From Camelus ferus (lineage: Eukaryota), in contig NC_045696.1 in NCBI RefSeq assembly GCF_009834535.1, forward strand, positions 56,422,001 through 56,486,000: a stretch of DNA of 64,000 bases, in the 5' to 3' direction. Position 1 is the stretch's first letter; the number at the start of each line of letters is the position of its first letter. The translations under genes were made by a program, and so were the position numbers. Positions 26,690 through 39,756 of this stretch are shown piece by piece. A model generated the notes under the pieces. The model worked only from the letters and a program-made list of their open reading frames with translations. It made no database searches and was not told the DNA's origin.

Positions 26690-28380
26690 TATCGTATTTT
26701 AGGATTGATTTTGGTAATGTGTATTTTTACTAGGGAATTGTCCATTTTCTTAGGATTTCAGTTTGCTGTCATAGGTTTCTCTCATACTTTTAATTTCTCC
26801 TCTGCTTGTCATTTTCTACAGAATTCTTAGTTTTATCCATTTTTGCTCAGGGTTTTTTTCTTAAGCCAGATCTTTTGCCAGATTTATTTTTACTTTCTAC
26901 CTCATTTCCTGTATGTTCATTTTAGCTGTAATATTAATTCCTTCTTCCTAGTTTCTTTTGGTCTATCTTGTTGCTCTTTTTTTCTAATTTCTTAAGATAA
27001 AAACTAACTTTATTTCTTATATTATTTTCTTTAATGATAAAAGCATTTAAGGCATATCTTTTCTTCTGAATACAGTTTCCACTGTGACATTTGGGCTTTG
27101 GTGTAAAGCGCTCTTTTCTCATTGCTTTATAGGCATCTTTTAGTTTTGTTTGGAGCTCCTCTGTGTATGGCTTTTGGTCATCCTTACATTCGTTCTTTCC
27201 AGCTTTATTAAATTACTATCAGAGAATGTGATTCTGGTACTCTGTCAAGGTTTTCTTTGTGGTCAAATATGAGTGACTTTTGTAAATTTTCTATGACTAC
27301 CCCCAAAATGTTTTATGGTTGTCTGTTTGAGGGATATTAGATTCTGTACACAAATGTTACATCAAGTTTATTGATTGTAGTATTCAATTCCTGTGTCATC
27401 CGTATTTGTTCTATACCAGATTTGCTTAATTCTGGAATAAAGTATTAAAGTCTCTGCTATAATCGTGTTTTATCAAATTGTTTTTATATGTCTTACCATT
27501 TCTCACAAGATCATAAGTCATGGATGAGTGAACCAGACAGTACTTCTCTCCATTACTTTTACATCTTATATATTTAGCTATTATGTTGTTTGGTATATCC
27601 ACTTACACATTTTCAGTCTGATTCTATCCCTCTCCTTTTTATCTACGTGTATCTCTCTGTCTTTATTTTGATCCATTTATTCTAAGTTTTGTTGCTCACT
27701 CGCATCTTCATCCTTATTTATCACCTCGCACCCTCTGTTATGGTTAATCTGTTTTATGACTAGAGCCTCTTCTGAAGTTTCCCCTTTAGTGGGAAAATAT
27801 AGGTGTTAGTCTCTGACTCCTCACATATCTGCAGGTATCATTCTTTCATGGTGACGACTGAATGTTGTCTTGGCTGGTCATGGTATTCTTGAGTTACAGT
27901 CTTTTTCTGTCAGAAATCTGTGGATTATTCCACTGAATTCCAGCTACTGGTGATGCAGATAAGATGTCTGATGCTGTTTTCTTTACAATAAGGCAACTAT
28001 TCTTTTTATGAGAAAGCTGGTAAAATTTTCTTTTCTTCCTTAAGTGTCCAGGAATCTTACTAGGATGTGTGTGTGTGTGTGTGTGTGCGTGCGTGCATCA
28101 TTTCAGCTTGGAATCTGGACAGCCTATTCGATGTGTAGACTTAAGTATTTCTTGATCCAAGGAAAACTTCTCCTTTATATGCTTAATTATTTCCTTTCCT
28201 TCATATGTGCCTTTTTCTTCATCCAGCTTTCCTAATATTGTATGCTAAGCCTCTTGGGTCTATCCTCAAGTCTCTTGTCTTTTCTATCATGATTTCAGTC
28301 ACCTTTTATCTTTACCCTATGCTTTGAGGTACTTGCTCCATTTGATCTTTTAGCCCACTAGTTTAGTCTCAACTGTGATC
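26690..28380 (-). mobile_element. Highly decayed L1-type LINE sequence
   Basis: T-rich antisense L1 ORF2-like sequence. ORF 26934..27122 contains ALNAFIIKE...FYLKKLEK, resembling ORF2. Confidence 0.6.
28066..28087. repeat. (TG)11 microsatellite
   Basis: Seen directly. Confidence 0.95.
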
Positions 28381-28420
28381 TTTTTCTCCTTTCATTCATG
28401 CACACAATTAGGTTGGAAAA

Positions 28421-28612
28421 TCTTTTTTCCTTTTTCTTACCTTTCTCTTTCTCCTTCCCTCCTTCTCATTCTCTTTTTCTCCCTCTTTTCTTTTCCTTCC
28501 TTCCTCTCTCGGTCTCTTTTTATTTCCTTCCTTCCTTCTCTTTTTTCTCCCTTCCCTTTACCTCCCTTCCCCCTTTCCTTCCTTCCTTCTCCAGAAGCCT
28601 TTCTTTTTTCCT
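28421..28612. repeat. CT-rich polypyrimidine low-complexity tract
   Basis: About 190 nt that are almost exclusively C/T on the + strand. Confidence 0.9.
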
Positions 28613-29318
28613 GCACTTGTATCTTTCTGGTATATGCTTTGTCTATTCTGACTGGCCTTACTCTCTGCTACTGAGCTCCTTTACATATGTTATTATTTCC
28701 TTTGTTTACCCAACGGGGCTCAGGGCTGGTGTTGAGTATCCTACGAGGCCGCAGTTCCGTATGGTGGAAGGCAAGGTGGTCTCCTCTCTTTGAGCTCATT
28801 GCGTGGAGATAAGCTGTCCACAAGACTTCTACTGAAGCAGGGAAGAAGATGCCCTCTTCCCTACCCTTAGTAGATTCTCTCAGCCTCAGAGGTAGGGAAG
28901 GCAGTTCCTTCCTGTCTTCTTGGGATCCGAAAAAAGCAGCACATTCATGCAGGGCTGAAATCAATTTTCACTTTTAGGATCCACAAGATCACTCAGAGAC
29001 AAGTTTTCCCTAGATTTATTGGTTCACTCTTTCCCTGGGCATTTCCAATGGTGGCCCCTCTTGTAGCCTTTGGTAGGGGGATCCTGGCACTCTTCCTTTC
29101 CTCCAGGACTCATACACCGCCTCACTTCCATTTATACACTCATAGTCTTAGCTGCCATTTGACAAAAATTGGAGTTGCTAGTTAAAAGAGAGCACAGCTG
29201 TATTCAGATTGCCATCTTCCCAGTGTTCTAATTCCTAACTACTAAGCCCTTGGAAGGCACGACTACCTCTTGTGTCTTCCATGTCTAATTCTGTGACCTA
29301 CACATCATTACTATCATC

Positions 29319-29420
29319 AAGATGAAGGAGAAGGAAGAAGATGAAGGAGAAGGAAGAAGAGGAAGAAAAAGAAGGGGAGGAAAATGAGAGACTGAGGAGG
29401 AAGAAAAGGAAGGAAAGCAA
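29319..29420. repeat. GA-rich low-complexity tract starting with a 19-bp tandem duplication
   Basis: aagatgaaggagaaggaag x2 (29319-29356), followed by a purine-rich run. Confidence 0.85.
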
Positions 29421-32134
29421 GGTGCCAGTGCCAAAAATCTTTAGCGATGCAGCTGTCTTGTGAAGATTGGTTCTTAGTGCTAAGGGGCTTTCTTAAATTG
29501 GCATTTGCATCTGCATGACCTTCTTACCTTCCTCACTGCCTGATTTTATGAGGGTATACACCCATGGGGCCTGTTTTCTTGGATCTGCTAATATATGAAT
29601 GATTGCCTAATCCTGAGTTGATGTTCATGGTTAAATAAAAAAAACAAATTAGATGCTGGCTACCTGGGGCTAAAGGGCACATATAGGAAAATCACCCTCA
29701 CCAGGGTAATAGGCTCATTAATGATAAGCAGATCCCTCTAAATCTTGATCTGAGAAAAGAGACATCTGCTTTATGTCAGATCAAGTACTTGGCCTTTGCT
29801 CTAAGATGGCTTTGGCACTGCATCTCTCAAAGGAGAAAAATATCAGTCCTATCACCCAGGGGGCCCAGTGCTGTCTGCAGTGTCACCTAGAAGCTCATTT
29901 ATTCCTCTCTAGGCCATACGGTCAGATGAAAGTGACAGGCCATTCTGTCATCCGTGTCCAGTGACTGAACTTCAGCCTGCGTGTGGGCATATGTATATAT
30001 TTGCATGGGGTATCTGTGTATGTGGCAGGCAGAGGGAGCTGCAGAAGGATTTGGGCTTACCTGAATGTATACACTGATTTGACCCAACTCAAGTTCCTCT
30101 CCTCAGTGGTATCTTGAAGAGATTATATTACCTGAGAGTAACACTCAGCCAAGTGTCCTTCCTTCCTCCTCCTGGATACATCAACTCCTGTAACCACACC
30201 AGTCAGGCTGCTTCTGAGTCAGGAACACTAGTCAAGAAGCTTCTTGAAAACTTCACTGTCAAGAATCCTCTTTCCTCAACTCATCACAGCTTGATGTCCA
30301 GTTCTTTTATTACTGTATTTGTGTCCCAACTGCAGAGAACAGTGATCTTGTTGTCCTCTCATTTTCCTCTTCTTAATAGATGTTGCACACACACTTATAA
30401 GGTAAGAACTGTTGGAAGTACATGACTCCTTTGTGCACTGACTTTTATGGTGGTGGGAGGAGTTTGGGATCAAGAGAAAGGACAGAAAGTTCTCAGAGGA
30501 AGGGAGCAGCAACATTTGGGAGACAAAGGTACTAAAACAATATAATGCATACACACTCATGCAATATACTTTTGTCTTACTAGTATCATTGTGCCTGTCT
30601 GCTGACATAAATAGTTTAAAAGTTGCCTTCATATCAATCTGGCTAGCACGGATTACCAGAACCTTAAGAAAGACTTCCTCTAGTGACAGTTGTTAAACTT
30701 CAGAATTGCTAAAGAAGTAAAATCTTCTCTATGGTATTTAAAAATAGAAGTTCTCACCCTGATGGTTGAGTTGTCCTCTTGCATAAAGTGGTCTGATGAT
30801 GACTTTTCAAACTCTCACTGCCAAATCTTTGATTGTGCAATCACTTGGAACCAGAGAGAAATTCAGATAGCAGGCCACAGTTAAAAATGTAATTACCATT
30901 ATGCCATAGCTTAAGTCATAGGCATCTACTAGCAATCATCTGATTCATTTTTATCCATTGGTCAACTACACACATGCCTTTCTTTTATGAGTTGCTGCCC
31001 TCAGCAGAAATAAAAAACAGATTGTTTGTTTCAAAGCTGGCTACTGACTTGTCATTCCCTACAACAAACCCTTGGAAGTGAAATAAAGGGTAGAATTTTA
31101 ATTGCAGATCCAGGGGCAAAATTCTCATTACTCCACTAACATTGCCCCTGGCTGCATGTGACTAAAAAGGGTGTGGTGAGTGATGCAAGAACTTACAAAT
31201 GTTTGAGAGCTGCAAAAATAGAAAGGAGTTTTGAACACAGATAACTGTAGGTTCAAAGTCAGGAAGAACCTCAGAGATCAATGTCAAAGTTACAAATAGC
31301 TTAAAATTAACAATGGCAAAATTCTAAAATAGTAGCTTTTTAGCTGTAATTTGTAATGAGCTTAATTCCCACGAAGTTACTTATTTCACAAATCCCCAAA
31401 GTAACATTAAATCTAGTCTTTACTCATAGGAAAAAAATACCCCTAGTAACATTTTAATAAAGTTTTCTATGAGTTTTCATGGCATCATGAGCAAGTTTAC
31501 TTTTCCATTTAAATCTTCCATATATTTACAGAGGTCTTAAGATTGCCTTATTATTCAGATTTAAGCAGTAAAATAATCATATAATTTCATAGTTAGATCA
31601 AAAAGGAACTAGGGTAGAAATTATACATAGTGCTTATGAAAATGTGTAGCTGAGTTGAACTTTTCTTACTGTTTCCATCATGGGAATCTACGTTTCTGAG
31701 TGAACTAGTGTTTTCTTCTAGGCAGATGTCTGCATTTTCTTCTTTCTTAGTAACATCAACTTGCTCATCACTGCTGCTTAGGAGGTTAGCCATTTGTTTA
31801 CCTGTGGTCAAAAGAACGAGTGTATAACTTGACAGTTTTTCTCCCTCATGGAAAGGCTACCTCCTGCTTTGGCTTAACCTGAAATATTTGACCAAGCCAT
31901 CCTTTCATGAATGTTTCTGGTCAAGCTGAACTGTTTGCTGCTTTTGTGCTCCATGATTTGGCAGATACTCTTACTTGAAGCTGGCTTCAATATGGCCAAT
32001 TCACTTACATACCACCTTAATCCCCAAAATACTTTCAGTTCAGGACAGGGAAGCAAAGAACACTGGATTAGTAATCAGTGCCTGGTCTAAAGTAGGCATT
32101 CAATTAAAACAATTTTTTTAAAAATAGATGAATG

Positions 32135-32225
32135 GATTCTAGTCCCAGCTTTGTCACTATTTCTCTTAAGAGAACTTGGGCAAGTCACTTCATCACTTTG
32201 GGCCCATTTCTTTATCTGTGAAAAC
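32135..32225 (+). mobile_element. MIR SINE remnant
   Basis: ggattctagtcccagctttgtcact...cttgggcaagtcactt...tttctttatctgtgaaa matches the MIR core. Confidence 0.7.
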
Positions 32226-32309
32226 CCTAGCTCACCGACCTCAAGTTATAATGAAGTGACTTTCACCAAAGAATTATCACACTTGCTGAGTAACTGAGTC
32301 ACGTAGGAG

Positions 32310-32445
32310 AGCTTCTACAACTACTTATACCCAGACTCCACCTCTAAAGACCAAGTCTCAATTACTCTGGGGTTGGGACCTATGCATTTGTATATTTTGA
32401 AAGCTCCCATGGTGATTCTAATGCGCAACCAGGGTTGAAAACAGC
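32310..32445. mobile_element. MER5-like hAT-Charlie MITE remnant
   Basis: ctggggttgggacctatgcatttgtatattttgaaagctcccatggtgattctaatgcgcaaccagggttgaaaac. Confidence 0.7.
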
Positions 32446-33319
32446 TTCCCAGGAGAAATCTTTCTACCATCGTTTTTCTCCCTGTGGGAGAAAGACTAAT
32501 TGGGCAGCACTACAAGGTTTAAGATTTGACTTGACCTCCTTTGGATCTGTGGTGTGTTCTGGTCAGTCTTGAAATGCTTATCTAGGGGTAGACAGACCCT
32601 GCAGGGGGCGTCTGATTTTGGTTGGTTAAACTCAATTTAAAGAGAATAGAAGATGCTCATTCTGATTTGATAAAGCTGATATTAAGGTCCCTTTCTCAAA
32701 TCTATGTCAATTTCTTAGTTGATTTCAAACTCAGAGGAGGGAAAAGGTGTGATAAAATAAATCACACCAACAAACTTCACCACATCTAGTCCTACCTCAC
32801 AGCATCATGACAATTAAATAAGGTAGGTTCTTGATTGTGCTTTGTAAACATAACAAGTTATCCTGATATTTACTCTTATCTAATATTTCCCACCAGATCT
32901 AAATTCTGAATACACTGTGAGATATAGTGCAGACAGCATCACTTTGATGCTGGTTGGCCAATTATAATATCATACCAATACTGTTATTGATTTCCTATCA
33001 TACAATAGAGTATTAACTAAAGAAAGTAGCATACTCTAGTGGAGACAGCATTGACCTGGGAATCCAGAGGCTTGGATTCAAGATTCAGACATGCAAGTCT
33101 TGGACAAGTCTCTCTGGGTTTAAATTTTTTTAATCTCTCCAACAAGTGAGTGAGTCAGTTTCAGGCTTTTAAGATTTCTTCAAGCCCTAACATTCTAGGG
33201 CATGCTGATGGAATTGCTCATGAAGCTGGCAATGAATGATTGATGTTATGGATGACAGTTCCAAGTCTCATACTCCCTGAAATGTTCTGGCTTCCTAATT
33301 GGTATCAACGAAGTCAGAC

Positions 33320-36300
33320 AAGCCACTAAAGAAGAAAATTTTATTCTGACACTTGTTCTAAGAACATCCCCAACTGGACAGGTTAGGGGGCAGTTTTATC
33401 CTCAGGAAAAGGAAGATCAACTACATCCAGTGTTCTTTCTCTGAGCTGAGCTTTTTCCATTTCAGCAAATTTGAAACATCTGTTGTTTTATAAAGAGTGT
33501 TTCTTTCTTACCCACTCTGTTTACCTCAACTCATGATCAACCACAATACTCTTCCAAATTCTGGAATCTAGAATAATGTCAGGTGTTCTAGGGTCACCAA
33601 AATAATGGTACTAAACAATAAAAAATACTGTAATATCAATGTGCTCAGTTAATCCTATACCACTCTGATTCTGGACTAAATGCAGGAAGTTAACTGACCT
33701 TCATTAGCAAATCATTTCACCAATTTCTTTTTAGAGTATGCATCCATGGGTCTGTTAAGATTGTGAAAGCAGAAGGAACTCTAGTAGAAAGAACCTGGTC
33801 TAGTTCATCTTTTATCCTTTGCATGTAGTACGGAGAGCAAATGCCAATACACGTTTACTGTATTATTCATGTATTGAAAACATTCAATGAACGGATAAGC
33901 AATGGTATAGAGCAAGTAATCAGGCAAAAACCAACAGTATAAGGATTTTAGATTTTTTTTTTTAAAGTAAATGCTTGTCAATTAAAACTAAAACACTTTT
34001 ACCCTTCCAGAATACAGAGTTAGATTCCCACAAAACATTTTTAATAAAATAAGGCACAATGTTTGATAAGGCAAAATTCACACAAAGGGTTCATATTAGA
34101 TCACATTTTTTGGTGTGTCCTGGGGAAAAAAAAAAGGCGGTATAGAATTGAAGTAGCTTAAATATTCTTTTTAGAGCATTTACCATTGCAAGGTAATATA
34201 TAAATTTGATTCAACAAACTTTATCTTGCCTTGAAAATAAAATTTAATTATTGAGTCATGTTGCTGAATTACATTTATTGTTACCATTGTTTTAAATATC
34301 TATATGCCTATATTCCTAATTCACAATATTTCAAATATAGAAAATTAAGAAATCAGATAATAAAAGGTAATTTGACTAAAGTAAAATTTCATATATTTTC
34401 AAATATCCTTTGTTGATAAAGTCCCAAACTTTGCAAAAAATTAAAATGGTTATTTAAAGTGTTTCTCCTATTATATTTTTATTTCTCATGAATACAAAGT
34501 GGGCTCAGAAATGCAACAAACACCAATTGCAGGCACACAGATCTCTCCATGACTGTTATAAAGTAACTGCTGAGGTTAATATTCCTTTTCAATAACACAT
34601 TAATGTCAATCATTTAAATTAGTGAAAAGTCTCTTAAAACAGCAGTTGCAGACAGAAGAATTAACCAATTTAGCAATGTTTTTGTAGTACCAGCAAAAGT
34701 GATGTCAACGTTATCCCAGTTTCTTCCCCAAACTGGAATTAAGAATAAAATAAGTTTTATCCAATTTATTCACAGTCAAAGGAAGAAAGTAACTTCTGGT
34801 GAATGCACATAGTCTCTCCAGCCACGGCTTTCTGGTTCAATAGTATATAAATAACTTTCATTACTTATAAACTTTAACTAGACAGAATTTACTAGACAGA
34901 ATACTGTCTCTTACGATAAATTGAGACTGACAAGTTAACTGCTAGGTAAAAGTCTAGTAGCACCCAAATCAGTATTACCCTGTGAGTATTCAATAATGTG
35001 TAATGTTTGTTAGTGAACTGCTATTTTCTGCATCAATTCTTAGCAAGTACGAACCAAGTAGAGACAGAAAAAGAATGGAGATATTTACATACAAAAAATT
35101 TAAAACATACCCCCGTTTTAATCTGGTATTACAAAGAAAGCCCTCACAAAATATGCTAGGCCTCATGGCAATAATGTCTTTACACGATGCTATTAATATG
35201 AAGCTGGTTAGGGACCTCTGCCATCCTTCAGTGGTAGCAAATATATTTTCTTTATAAAATAGTATGAAAGAGAATAATACCTGTTCACTGACTTTATTTC
35301 AGGGACCCTAACCCTTATGGCTTTGACCTTCTGTGACAGTATGCATGACTCAAATTCCCTCTCTAGAAGTCCTAAACTCACAGACATTAGGCCTAGTTTT
35401 AAGGAAAGGAGTCTCTCACGATCACAGTCATTTTCCCTCAAGTCAAATGTAAAGGGTCACGAAGCTGTCACATACAACCTGTTAAATGACACAGTTCCCC
35501 AAACTTGGGTCCAGAGTGGAAGATTTAAGGCATATACTTTCTAAGCACAACTGAAGGCACTGCTACCTTTAAAAAGGTCATGACTATAATAAAAATACAA
35601 AATTGGATGCTACTAAACTCATCAGATTAATATTCTACAGAATATGCTGGTTAGTTCAGGAACAGTGAAGGTCAAACACCTCTTTTCTACACAGAGGGAA
35701 ATCACAACTAGGGATTACAGACCATGTTGCCTGAAACCTACGCAGCAGCCTCTGCTGTTGTTAAATGCTCAGCATAACTTCAAAGCTAGTTTGGACTAAA
35801 TAGGAAGTGATACTTACACTGACATAACAAAATCACTACTTTGGATGAGAAGAAACAGGGTATTACGTATTTCTAAATAAATGTACCTTAAACTCATTTT
35901 ATATACACATACTATATTTGATAAAAAGTTCTGCCTACAAAAGGCCTTATTATTTAGAATAACTTTTTATATAAATAGCTACTGCTAAAATGCTTTCTTT
36001 TACAAGATCAAATTTTATCTGCACTAATTATTTGTTTAGTATTTTTTCTTTTTTACACAGTGAAAAGGTAAACATTAACCAAGGGTGTACCACAAATTCC
36101 AGGTTAATGAGGTATTACTTTCTCCCTTTGGAAAGAGCAAGGTTGGCTGTAAGAAAATCCTATTATGTGCTGGCCCTTCACTACGGAGGGATGTGGATAA
36201 TTGCCCAGTAGCAGATACTGAAGAAATTTAGTGATAAAGACTCAGATGGTAATTAGTGGGCCACTTAATTTTAAAACAATTCAATATAACTTAAAAAATT

Positions 36301-39300
36301 TTTCTTGGCTCAGGGATCTCCCTGAGTGTCTTTCCCTGCCCTGTGTTGTCTTTAGAGATTTCTTTCATTTAACACTCTAGCAATCAGCTCTTTCCTTGCC
36401 TTCTTTTGTTTAAAATTGGTATTTACAATGTTTAATAGAATTGGCCTGTAGTATTACACTGAACTAGTGCAGACTGCTTTTAACTTTACATTAGCACAAA
36501 GATTTCTCAAATTGGAGGTACAGCTTCTAATGCAAGTTTCTACTTATAAGTTTGTTAACTTAAAGTTCCAAATATCAAGAATTTTAGAATAAGAGATCCC
36601 TCCAGCATGAATCTAGAAGTAAAATACAAACAGTAACCCTCAGATCTACCTCCACACACAAACATAGGCAATACTGTTACAGCTTGTCCTTAGGTCAGCC
36701 AATCCCTGGCACCATGGAAGCAAAGTATTATATTAGTTAATCTTTCTATTTTCTAAACTCCTAGGACTATTTCACCAACTCAGTTTGGTGACTCTGAGAG
36801 AAATGGATTCTAGGAATAAGATTACTAAGAATGTTCAGTGTATCCATTTCAATTCCAAATATTAGCACTGAAGAATTTCATTCTAAACACACTAATGCTT
36901 TGGTTAAGTAGTTTTATCCACAGAAGTTTTGGTCATTAAAATTGTCCAAGTGTAGCAATATCAAAAACTTACAAACAAGTGACTTAGCAACTAGAGAGAC
37001 TATCATTTAAAATTCATAATCAGCTGTATGACTCTGGAACTGATTATCTAGTTTCTAGATTACCAAGTCAATTTCTACAGTCACCAGTTAAACAGGGAAG
37101 GTAGGGAAAAGAAACAGGGAAAAGCTTACAAATTATTAGCAGCTCTTGTAAAAGGTTAAGTCAAAGATTAAAAAAAAGATAAAACTAACAGATAAAATGT
37201 AGATTTCAGTAAAAGTCACCAAAGACAGTTGCTTACTGATGAGAGATTTTCAAATGAACATATAGAGGAGCATGACAAACATTTTGATGAAAGATATTTT
37301 GCTGTATACTATGCTATATACATCTACATCACACAGCAAAGACTAAAAACTGCTTCCAGTTGGACCTATTTACATCCGTAAAAGATCAATCAGTATACCT
37401 TCTTTCTGGGAAGCTGGCAAGGTTTAGTACTGTATTTACATAGCTTCCCCTTTATTTCATAAAGGCTAACTCATAGAACATTACCCAAGCTGCTACTTAG
37501 ATCAAACTGGGAATGAAGTAGGAAGTAAACTGAGGCATTTAAGCCAGAAAAATTTGGTCCTATCAATTTGAGTATTTTACTCTGAATACATTATTTACTT
37601 TCTATGAAAATACTTTATGTATCTTAACTAAGTCACTTACTTACAAAACATTTTGGGCTTCCACTTAGGCACTGCCTAAGTCTTTCACGAATCTGTGGTA
37701 TGTAGCTTGCTGTGGCTCAAATGGAGGAGTAAACAAAGACGTTTTGTTACTTATATTTTATAATACAATTACCCACCTACTACTTTGCTAGGCAGTAGAA
37801 AGATACTAGGTTACTTCTACAGGCACAGAAAATTTCTGGATCAGAAGGAAAAAAAGACTCTTACTACAAGGTGAAGGGATTCAGTCTACAGCAGCGTTTC
37901 ACAACTGCAGTCATGAAACTCTCATGATGTTTCATGAATTAATTAACATAAAATAAACAAACTATCCTACAATATATTTTCTTCTAAAATAAAAAATACA
38001 TATATGACAAAAACCTAACATATGTACATATTATTACTATACAGCAATCTGCTTTTAAGAAATAGTGTGCCCCTGTCATGAATGCCAAAGTCAGAGGGCA
38101 GATCATCGGGATGTTCCAATGTGTTTCTGACTTGCATATTACTATATAGGTAATATTTACCAACTGTTAATGTTACTATAGATTAGTTATCTAATGGTTG
38201 CTAATACGCATTGTATATTTTCTTTTATAACATCAACTTATAGTTGTACTATTACTCAATTTTTATTGTATACTAAACTAGTTAAAAATTTGGTCGTTTC
38301 TACCAGCAATTTGTGAAAACATTTTTCTGCTATACTCTAAGGGTATTTTTAATACATTTAAAATATTTTATCAGTGTATTATTTTCAAAAAGTCCTCCAT
38401 GGTTAAATTTGTTTTGGAAATTGTTCAACACAATGACTGCTATGCCCAACTTTATTTCACCTGTTGCAGTATTTCTCTAGTTTTCCTTTAAAAAGTAGAG
38501 GAAGTTACAATTTGGTACACATAGGCAAAGGAGTCACAGTCGACCTTTAAAACTTTTAAAATCATTTTCCCACTTCTTTAATGCAAGATATAAAGATACT
38601 TTCCTATCTTACAGTTTCTTTCTGTTAAAAGAAATCTGACAGATTTTTCCATTATAAACTATTATTCTGTCTTATGATGAACAGATTATCAGGATTGTGG
38701 CCTCCCATTAAGTATAAAAGTGATGTGCTTATAGAGATTCACTTCACGTTTAAACAAAAAATGAAGTTACAGTGACCGTGAGCTCAGATGTCAGATATAC
38801 AGCTGTTCACCTACTTCTGTTAAAGCATATTTTGAAGTGTTCTGCATAGTATGTCAGGTTATAGGCTGCTCTGGTATCATTTCTTGAATAAAATTCTAAA
38901 TCCTTGTTATAATTAAGGCACTGTAACAGTCATTGCTGGATTGTACAAGGGTAACAAAAATAATCATTTAGAACAAAGAAGCAGACTGAAGAATTTAAAA
39001 CCCCATATAAAAGTTACATACCTTATTTTACCAGTCAGGTGAGAAAGGTTTAGGTCCTATGTAACCATCTGTGAGCTTATCTGAATAACTCTAATCTAGA
39101 CATATGGGTAACACAAAAAAGGGCAACTAATCCTGTTATGGTATAGTGTTCAACTTAAACTCAAGGACAACTCTGGTAAAAATTACAGCATTGATCATTT
39201 CTTTCTTCATCTCAACTGCCACAAGTTATACCACTCATGGTTTATTATAGCACTGCTCTTCAGAACGTTCCATTCTGTGATATGATTCATGCAAAATTTG

Positions 39301-39547
39301 AGTGAAAATTGCAAACAGTTAGCCAAATTTGAAACTGCCATTCAGAGTGAATTACATTCAAAGAATCCAAAACATGGAACTGGACTCACTCCTGCTGAAT
39401 GGCTAGAAACAAAATCTTTTACACCACTTCCCACTCTTGTCGTGGACATTCAAATGATGATAAGGCTTTTAGCAACCCTCAAAGTCTATTGTCTTTTATA
39501 ACTACCTTTCTCAGTCTTCTAGAGTTTCATACCACCCTGCACCCTTT
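33320..39547 (-). other. LRRC58: LRRC58 long 3' UTR (distal end inferred)
   Basis: About 6 kb of AT-rich, repeat-poor sequence follows the stop codon and carries sense-strand miR-124 and Pumilio motifs. Recognisable repeats (MIR, MER5) resume below ~33.2 kb. Confidence 0.6.
33340..33345 (-). terminator. Candidate distal polyadenylation signal AATAAA of LRRC58
   Basis: tttatt on the + strand, followed on the minus strand by U/GU-rich sequence (ttttcttctttagtggcttgtctgacttcgttg). Alternative AATAAA hexamers occur at 34274, 34765, 37451, 38262 and 38451. Confidence 0.45.
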
Positions 39548-39756
39548 TCAACCAAGAAGAACTTTCTGCATTCTGTGTGCAGCCACACTAGCTTCATCTT
39601 CTGAGTCAGACTCGCTCTGGGAGGTGGAGCTGTGAGAGGCAGAACTGCAAGGGGAAGAGCACTCTGGCGAACACAAGTAGTGCATCAGGGGGAGGCGGTA
39701 CTTCCCACAGAAGTCCACAAATTTAATTTGTCTGACGCAGCAATCAAAGTAGACTC
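39548..39756 (-). CDS. LRRC58: LRRC58 coding exon 4 (Cys-rich and Ser/acidic C-terminus, TGA stop)
   Basis: Acceptor cttcttctctccag|GA. Translates VYFDCCVRQIKFVDFCGKYRLPLMHYLCSPECSSPCSSASHSSTSQSESDSEDEASVAAHRMQKVLLG, with TGA at 39550-39548. Confidence 0.95.

Noticed and set aside
28375..28793. Hydrophobic Phe/Ser/Leu/Pro-rich ORFs resembling membrane proteins
   Set aside because: These are translations of the CT-rich low-complexity tract.
37911..37937. 9-bp inverted repeat tcatgaaac...gtttcatga in the LRRC58 3' UTR
   Set aside because: The stem is short and could be chance or a decayed MITE. It does not fit SECIS, IRE or pre-miRNA patterns.
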